The notes below the pieces were generated by a model that was not told the DNA's origin, did not search any database, and was given only the letters and a program-made list of their open reading frames with translations. The translations under genes and the position numbers were made by a program. A stretch of DNA of 64,000 nucleotides from Bacteroidota bacterium (GTDB lineage: Bacteria > Bacteroidota > Bacteroidia > Chitinophagales > Chitinophagaceae), in assembly GCA_046048175.1 (NCBI GenBank), contig JBJOGP010000005.1, forward strand, positions 305 through 64,304. Direction: 5' to 3'. Positions 58,477 to 64,000 of this stretch are shown in pieces. Within the stretch, counting starts at the first letter, position 1, and every line of letters starts with the position of its first letter.

Positions 58477-60639
58477 TTATCCTGCAGATTCAGAAGTTGA
58501 ATTATCAGGTTTAGGCAACAAAGCCTTTCTCGACAATTTGAACTTACCAGATTTTGGATCCGTGCCAATTAACTTAACTTTCATTGCATCTCCTTCTTTC
58601 ACTAGTCCATCCAGTGTCTCTAAACGCTTCCAACTGATTTCACTGATATGAACCAATCCTTGCTTCCCAGGAAGAAATTCAACAAATGCACCAAAAGGCA
58701 TTATTGATTTAACAACTGCATCATAAGTATCTCCAATTTGTGGTACGGCCACAATTCCTTTGATCCAAGCCACAGCCTTATCAACAGCTTCTTTATTTGT
58801 GCTGAAAATACTTACCTCACCGCGGTTGTTAACTTCTTCAAGATTAATTGTAGTACCTGTTTCACGTTGAATCTCTTGGATAACTTTACCACCGGGCCCA
58901 ATAACAGCACCAATAAATTCTTTATCGATAAACAACTTCACCATTCGTGGCGCATGTGGTTTTACATCGCTACGTGATGCGGGGATAGCTTGGTACATTG
59001 CATCCAGAATATGAAGACGGCCACGACGTGCCTGCTCTAAAGCTTGGCGCATAACTTCCATTTTCAATCCATCGACTTTAATATCCATTTGCACTCCACA
59101 AATTCCATCACGAGTACCGGTAACTTTAAAATCCATATCACCAAGGTGATCTTCATCTCCTAGAATGTCGGTCAGTACTGCGTACTTGTCCCCTTTTGTG
59201 ATCAAGCCCATCGCAACTCCCGAAACGTGCTTGGGTATTCCCACTCCCGCATCCATTAATGCTAAAGAACCTGCACAAACTGTCGCCATTGAAGAGGATC
59301 CATTTGATTCCAGAATATCACTTACAACACGAACAGTGTAAGGAAAATCTCCAGAGGGCATCATTTGTTTTAATGACCGTTGAGCCAAATTACCATGTCC
59401 TACTTCTCTACGACTTTGACCTCGCATCATTTTAACTTCACCAGTAGAGAATGGAGGAAAATTATAATGGAGATAAAACTTAGAATCAACAGACTTCGCT
59501 GCACTTTCAACTAATAGTTCATCCATTGGAGTACCGAGCGTCACGGTTGTTAATGACTGCGTTTCGCCTCTGGTAAATAGAGCAGATCCGTGAGGAGAAG
59601 GTAAAACATCCACTTCCATATCCAATGGACGTACTGTCTCCAGATCTCTTCCATCTAATCGTACACGTTCATCCAAAATCATATCACGAACAACATCATA
59701 TTGCAAATCGCCGTAATAAGTAGAGGCTAATTTTTTTGTAAGATCTGGCAAACTCTCTTCTGGAGATAGGCCTGCATCTTTTTTCAAAAAGTCCATCAAC
59801 TCCACTTTAATTTGATCAAAACGATCACTGCGTTCATGTTTACCAAACTTACCTTTTGCTACTTCGTATACTTTTTGCTTTGCAAAGGCATATATCTTAT
59901 CATGTAGAGCTTCATCGGAAGCGGGTTTGGTATACGATCTCTTTTCGTTATTACCTACCATTTGACGCAATTCTTGTTGCGCTTTCACTTGAATGCGGAT
60001 CGCATCATGTGCCAATTCCAATACCTTACAAAGATCTTCTTCACTGCACTCCTGCGCCTCACCCTCTACCATCATCAAATTCTTTTCTGTAGCCGCTATG
60101 ATAAAATCCATATCAGAGCTTTCCATCTGCGTACGAGTAGGATTGATAATAAATTGACCATTTACTCGAGAAACTCTTACCTCAGAAATAATTTCTTTAA
60201 TGGGAATATCTGATACAGCCAGCGCAGCAGATGCTGCCAAACAAGCTAAAGCGTCAGGCATAATTTCAGGATCACTAGAAACAAGAGTCACCAAAACCTG
60301 AACATCACAGAAGTAGTCTTCAGGGAAAAGTGGTCTTAATGCACGGTCAATTAATCGGCTTGTCAAAATCTCGTAGTCATTCAACTTTGCTTCACGCTTA
60401 AAGAATGAACCAGGGATACGACCTGCGGCTGCAAACTTTTCTTGGTAGTCGACTGTCAATGGGAAAAAGCTTTGTCCTTCTTTGGGCTCTTTATTAGCAA
60501 CAGCGGTGGCAAGAATAACACAATTACCCATGGTAACTGTAACCGCGCCATCAGCCTGACGAGCTAAACGTCCTGTTTCAATCGTAATTTCGCGACCCTC
60601 TCCTATTGAAAAGGTTTTACGAATTGGTTGTTTCAACAT
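58477..60639 (-). CDS. pnp: Polyribonucleotide nucleotidyltransferase
   Basis: FFPLTVDY, RLIDR.LRP, HGSALFTRGETQ, ESNGSSSMA, GDMDFKV; KH and S1 domains. Confidence 0.99.
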   Translation of the reverse strand: MLKQPIRKTFSIGEGREITIETGRLARQADGAVTVTMGNCVILATAVANKEPKEGQSFFPLTVDYQEKFAAAGRIPGSFFKREAKLNDYEILTSRLIDRALRPLFPEDYFCDVQVLVTLVSSDPEIMPDALACLAASAALAVSDIPIKEIISEVRVSRVNGQFIINPTRTQMESSDMDFIIAATEKNLMMVEGEAQECSEEDLCKVLELAHDAIRIQVKAQQELRQMVGNNEKRSYTKPASDEALHDKIYAFAKQKVYEVAKGKFGKHERSDRFDQIKVELMDFLKKDAGLSPEESLPDLTKKLASTYYGDLQYDVVRDMILDERVRLDGRDLETVRPLDMEVDVLPSPHGSALFTRGETQSLTTVTLGTPMDELLVESAAKSVDSKFYLHYNFPPFSTGEVKMMRGQSRREVGHGNLAQRSLKQMMPSGDFPYTVRVVSDILESNGSSSMATVCAGSLALMDAGVGIPKHVSGVAMGLITKGDKYAVLTDILGDEDHLGDMDFKVTGTRDGICGVQMDIKVDGLKMEVMRQALEQARRGRLHILDAMYQAIPASRSDVKPHAPRMVKLFIDKEFIGAVIGPGGKVIQEIQRETGTTINLEEVNNRGEVSIFSTNKEAVDKAVAWIKGIVAVPQIGDTYDAVVKSIMPFGAFVEFLPGKQGLVHISEISWKRLETLDGLVKEGDAMKVKLIGTDPKSGKFKLSRKALLPKPDNSTSESAG

Positions 60640-60695
60640 ATAGATTAGTTAAGGGCACTGCATTTGGTTTTATTCTAGCGAAAAATATGCGCATG

Positions 60696-60727
60696 AATAA
60701 AAACCAATATCAAAGAGATATTGGTTT
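60696..60727 (-). terminator. rpsO terminator hairpin within the structured rpsO-pnp spacer
   Basis: Minus strand AAACCAATATC-TCTTT-GATATTGGTTTTTATT. Confidence 0.72.
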
Positions 60728-60752
60728 AAATATGAGGTGCCAAATTGATAAA

Positions 60753-61022
60753 TTATTTTCTGATTCCAAGCTTCTCAATCAGCTGGCGGTATCCAGTCAG
60801 ATTATGCTTTTGGAGGTAATTCAACAGTCGCTTACGCTTTCCAACTAACTGCATTAAACCGCGGTGAGTTGAGAAATCCTTCTTGTTGTTTTGCAAGTGA
60901 CCACTGATCAGCGAAATACGCTCAGTAAGAAGAGCGATTTGACCTTCGATGGAACCGGTATTTTTTGCAGAACCGGCAAATTGAGTCAAAACAGTTGACT
61001 TTTTTTCTTTTGTTAAAGGCAT
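60753..61022 (-). CDS. rpsO: 30S ribosomal protein S15
   Basis: NTGS.E.QIALLT.RI...HL...KDF...RGL..LVGKR.RLL.YL. Confidence 0.99.
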   Translation of the reverse strand: MPLTKEKKSTVLTQFAGSAKNTGSIEGQIALLTERISLISGHLQNNKKDFSTHRGLMQLVGKRKRLLNYLQKHNLTGYRQLIEKLGIRK

Positions 61023-61076
61023 CTTTAAAAATTTAAATTTTCATCCTATTATCTGATTCATCCGACATCAGGGCCG

Positions 61077-61106
61077 CAAAGGTATACATATTTAGCAGAA
61101 CCACAA
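61077..61106 (-). promoter_or_regulatory. rpsO promoter: TTG-N19-TACCTTTG
   Basis: -33 TTG at 61106-61104, 19-nt spacer, -7 box 61084-61077, followed by CGGCC as in the rpmI promoter. Confidence 0.8.
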
Positions 61107-61181
61107 GGGTTTAGCCCTATTTTTTTGCCTAATTCCGTCTATCTTTTTGATTGATTTTCAAGCAAATGGTTAGTTTTGGGT

Positions 61182-61790
61182 ATGGAATTATCCAAAGATA
61201 CAAAGACTATATTGGGGCTTCAATTACCTACAGATCCTAGATGGGTGGACCTGGTAGCCCTATCCTTGGAAGAAATTCTTACTGACCATGCTTTTTGTGA
61301 ACAAAAAGCAGCCACAACTTGCATCAGCATCATCCAACGTTATTCGGAGCTAGAAAAACTAGTAGTCGAACTATCACCAATTGTTACTGAAGAATGGGGA
61401 CATTTTAGAATCGTATTGGCAGAACTTCATAAAAGAGGTCTTCAGCTTGGTAAACAACGTAAAGACGAGTATGTAAACGCCTTGTTTGATTTTCAACAAA
61501 AGGGAGGTAGTTGGGAAGGAAGACTGTTAGACCAGCTACTCACCATGGCATTAATTGAAGCTAGAAGCTGTGAACGATTCAAGCGACTCAGCGAGGGATT
61601 GACGGATCCAGAATTACAGAAGTTTTACAGACGATTCATGGAGAGTGAAGCCGGTCACTATGCCCTTTTCATTGCTCTTGCAGAAAATTATATCGACAAA
61701 AAGATTGTAAGAAATAGATGGAAGGAATGGTTACTTTTTGAATCAAGTGTAATTACAAATTTATCTGTAAGAGGAGATAGAATCCACTAA
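61182..61790 (+). CDS. miaE: MiaE-family tRNA (ms2io6A) hydroxylase, ferritin-like diiron protein
   Basis: L.DHAFCEQKAA, EEWGHF, ALIEARSCERF, SEAGHY; ATG 61182 follows TAGTTTTG (61171-61178). Confidence 0.9.
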   Translation: MELSKDTKTILGLQLPTDPRWVDLVALSLEEILTDHAFCEQKAATTCISIIQRYSELEKLVVELSPIVTEEWGHFRIVLAELHKRGLQLGKQRKDEYVNALFDFQQKGGSWEGRLLDQLLTMALIEARSCERFKRLSEGLTDPELQKFYRRFMESEAGHYALFIALAENYIDKKIVRNRWKEWLLFESSVITNLSVRGDRIH

Positions 61791-61791
61791 G

Positions 61792-62877
61792 ATGAACACA
61801 AATGTCCCTCACCTTATCATAGGTAACTTATGGAAAAGTAGTGACGAAATACAATTACGTTCGTTGTCTAATGGGCTTATTAACGAGACATGGGTTGCAG
61901 AAAATTTACACTCGGCCGAAAAAGTTCTTCTTCAAAAAATAAATACAAGCGTATTCCCAGAACCTACCCAAGTTGTGAATAATCATTTCATCATCTGGGA
62001 TCAATGGGAAAAGCAAAAAAGCGAACTTAATTTTCATATTGCAAAACCTCTCCCCTTTTCAAGTGGTGAGTTTACTTTAACAGATGACAATAAGAATGTC
62101 TGGCGATTGCAGGAGTATTTTAATGCTGTAAAGTGTTTTGAAAAGTGTAATTCAGTAGAGCAGATTTTTCAAACAGCCCGTTCTTTTGGCCAATTCAATA
62201 AATTTTTATGGCAAGTTCCTACCTCAAAAATCAAGCCAACCATTAAACAATTCCACGATCTTGAATTTCGATTCAAACAATTTTTATCTGCCTTGAAAGT
62301 CGGAAAAGATGATCGCTTGAAAGAAGCCAAAAGAATAATTGAGAGTCTTTTAGCCAGGGAACAGTACATTCAACAATTTAAAAGTATTGTAAATAACCCT
62401 ACCCATTTTCCTATTCGTCTATTTCACCATGACGCAAAAATCTCCAACCTTCTTTTTAAAGAGCGGAATGCAGAACTTCATTCGATCATTGATTTAGACA
62501 CTGTCATGCCGGGATATTTTTTCTCCGATCTGGGTGATATGATTCGTTCCATGTCAGCAACTGTCAACGAAAATGAAACAGACGCAAACAAAATTCATAT
62601 TGACAACCATAATTATAAGGCTATTACCGAAGGATACCTGGAGTCTGTACAGGATGAGTTAAACTCTTTTGAAATAGAGTGGATCCACCTTTCTGGTGTT
62701 TGGATTATTTACATGCAATCTCTTCGATTCTTAACAGACTATTTATTAAACGATATCTACTATAAAATTACTTACCCGGAACAAAATTATGATCGAGCCG
62801 ACAATCAACTTTCTTTGCTCATGAGCCTCGAGAAAGTGTTGGTAGATCGATATGCCATCAAAAAAGTAATCACTTAG
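61792..62877 (+). CDS. Aminoglycoside phosphotransferase-fold kinase (N-acetylhexosamine kinase-like)
   Basis: GLINETW, LQKIN..VF, FG.F, FH, HHDAKISNLLF, IDLDTVMPG...DLGDMIRS. Confidence 0.82.
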   Translation: MNTNVPHLIIGNLWKSSDEIQLRSLSNGLINETWVAENLHSAEKVLLQKINTSVFPEPTQVVNNHFIIWDQWEKQKSELNFHIAKPLPFSSGEFTLTDDNKNVWRLQEYFNAVKCFEKCNSVEQIFQTARSFGQFNKFLWQVPTSKIKPTIKQFHDLEFRFKQFLSALKVGKDDRLKEAKRIIESLLAREQYIQQFKSIVNNPTHFPIRLFHHDAKISNLLFKERNAELHSIIDLDTVMPGYFFSDLGDMIRSMSATVNENETDANKIHIDNHNYKAITEGYLESVQDELNSFEIEWIHLSGVWIIYMQSLRFLTDYLLNDIYYKITYPEQNYDRADNQLSLLMSLEKVLVDRYAIKKVIT

Positions 62878-63878
62878 TATTCAACAGAGAAATAAGAAAG
62901 CTCAGTAGAAAAATCCAAAAAAGGATAAGTTGATTGTAATTGTGTTGCTTTTTGAAATTGTTGTTGCAGAAATTCTTTGTGCGGTATAGTATCCTTATGC
63001 TGAGGACGATGCCGAAAAGCCGTGCGTAGTTTTTTTATTTCGTTTGCCAACTCCTGAGAACTAGCCTCCACACAACTTTTCATAAATTGTTCAATCACAT
63101 ACTCAGTTGCAGCAAAATTAGGGTGTACTAAATCGATATCATAAAAGCGATAATCCCGTAATACATCAACCACCAGTTCATATGCGGGAAAATAATAAAT
63201 AGGGAAACCTTTTTCTTCCAACTGCTGGATGGTTTCAAACAACCTAGCCTTGCTTCTATTATTTTCTTGTACTCCATCTCGAATATGACGAACAGGACTA
63301 ACGGTTACTATTACTTGTATGGAAGGATTTATTTCTCTAAGTTTTGTGATGCAGGCGCCTAGTCGCTCAACCATCCACTCTACAGTTAATAATTTTTTAC
63401 TAAACCAACTAGCAGGTGCGCGATGACAATTTGCAACTAAATCGCCATTTTTTTTACCCGCTATTTGCGCCTCATCAGTAAGTTGATAACAAAAAGAAGA
63501 CCCCAGTGTTAAGACTACATAATTAGACTGTTTTAAAAAGCTATGCGCACTAGCAATTGAATTATTTATTTTCTCGAGTGCTCGCTCTGGGTCTATGTCT
63601 GAGAAAGTAGAATGATGATTCCAGCAATTCCAAACTCCATTAAGGTGAAATAAATCTTGTACAGTATATTTTCTGTTTGTTAAATAATCTTCTAAAGACT
63701 GACAAATCGCATCCACCCCAAAAAGTATACCATGGGGATTTTGCAAGACATCAAATTTTAGATCAGAAAGACCTTTTCCAATATGCTCTGTAAAACAAGA
63801 CCCCGCCAAAAGAATTTTATCTCGATAGGCGATTTTTCGAGCAGGCGACTTGATTGATATGGGCAAATGCCATTGCAT
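62874..63878 (-). CDS. GSCFA domain-containing protein (SGNH-like)
   Basis: GSCF, NP.GILF, TLGS, VANCHR, TVSPVRH, YFPAYE..D.LRDYRFY..D.VHP. Confidence 0.92.
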   Translation of the reverse strand: MQWHLPISIKSPARKIAYRDKILLAGSCFTEHIGKGLSDLKFDVLQNPHGILFGVDAICQSLEDYLTNRKYTVQDLFHLNGVWNCWNHHSTFSDIDPERALEKINNSIASAHSFLKQSNYVVLTLGSSFCYQLTDEAQIAGKKNGDLVANCHRAPASWFSKKLLTVEWMVERLGACITKLREINPSIQVIVTVSPVRHIRDGVQENNRSKARLFETIQQLEEKGFPIYYFPAYELVVDVLRDYRFYDIDLVHPNFAATEYVIEQFMKSCVEASSQELANEIKKLRTAFRHRPQHKDTIPHKEFLQQQFQKATQLQSTYPFLDFSTELSYFSVEY

Positions 63879-63881
63879 AGA

Positions 63882-64000
63882 CTAATTAAATAATCGTCGA
63901 ACTTTTTCAGCACATTCTTTTAAGCGTGAATTATCAATACCGGTTTGTACTCCATTTTGACCAAACCATCTAACCAATTTTTCTGTGTCCATGTTTGCTA
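63882..64000 (-). CDS. C-terminal fragment of a probable hydroxymethylglutaryl-CoA lyase (truncated by the window edge)
   Basis: Minus frame reads ANMDTEKLVRWFGQNGVQTGIDNSRLKECAEKVRRLFN*, resembling the HMGL C-terminus (N..TE...TGID); stop is 3 nt before the GSCFA ATG. Confidence 0.55.
   Translation of the reverse strand, partial: ANMDTEKLVRWFGQNGVQTGIDNSRLKECAEKVRRLFN

Noticed and set aside
589-62369. Many 60-150 aa antisense or alternative-frame ORFs in the track (e.g. 6604-7005, 14191-14562, 16184-16627, 29111-29566)
   Set aside because: All lie within well-supported genes, lack recognisable motifs, and look like codon-bias shadows.
61792-62877. Aminoglycoside resistance kinase
   Set aside because: Motifs (GLINET, LQKIN, IDLDTVMPG) match the sugar-kinase-like branch of the APH fold.

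Overview
AT-rich, very gene-dense core-chromosome segment of a Bacteroidota bacterium, probably Chitinophagaceae. Support for the phylum: a T9SS cargo plus PorP/SprF, many TAnnTTTG sigma-A promoter boxes and no obvious Shine-Dalgarno sites; the family is my inference from gene order and protein style. About 50 CDSs tile the window almost without gaps. They include a large T9SS type-B surface protein (5'-truncated by the window) with its PorP/SprF partner, hppA, nnr, serA, gyrA, pdhA, recF-DUF721, ndk, a UbiD-family decarboxylase, malQ, thrS-infC-[metalloprotease]-rpmI-rplT, an ABC-F, ggt-thiolase-hutI-ftcD, pulA, a GMC dehydrogenase pair, dnaG, plsY, prmA, pnp, rpsO, miaE and GSCFA. I found no tRNA/rRNA, mobile element, CRISPR, prophage or defence system, and I cannot support a clearly new multi-gene system. 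Best leads: (i) a metzincin gene splitting the infC-rpmI-rplT operon, with a new terminator, promoter and structured leader for rpmI-rplT; (ii) a tandem pair of uncharacterised secreted paralogues; (iii) candidate cis-regulatory RNAs before rpmI, rpsO and pnp; (iv) promoter boxes 3-9 nt from start codons (likely leaderless mRNAs) and overlapping divergent promoters; (v) a membrane PPase whose gate residues indicate H+ rather than Na+ pumping; (vi) a Tat/lipoprotein GMC dehydrogenase pair divergent from a secreted pullulanase. Product calls come from motif recognition only; no database searches were run.
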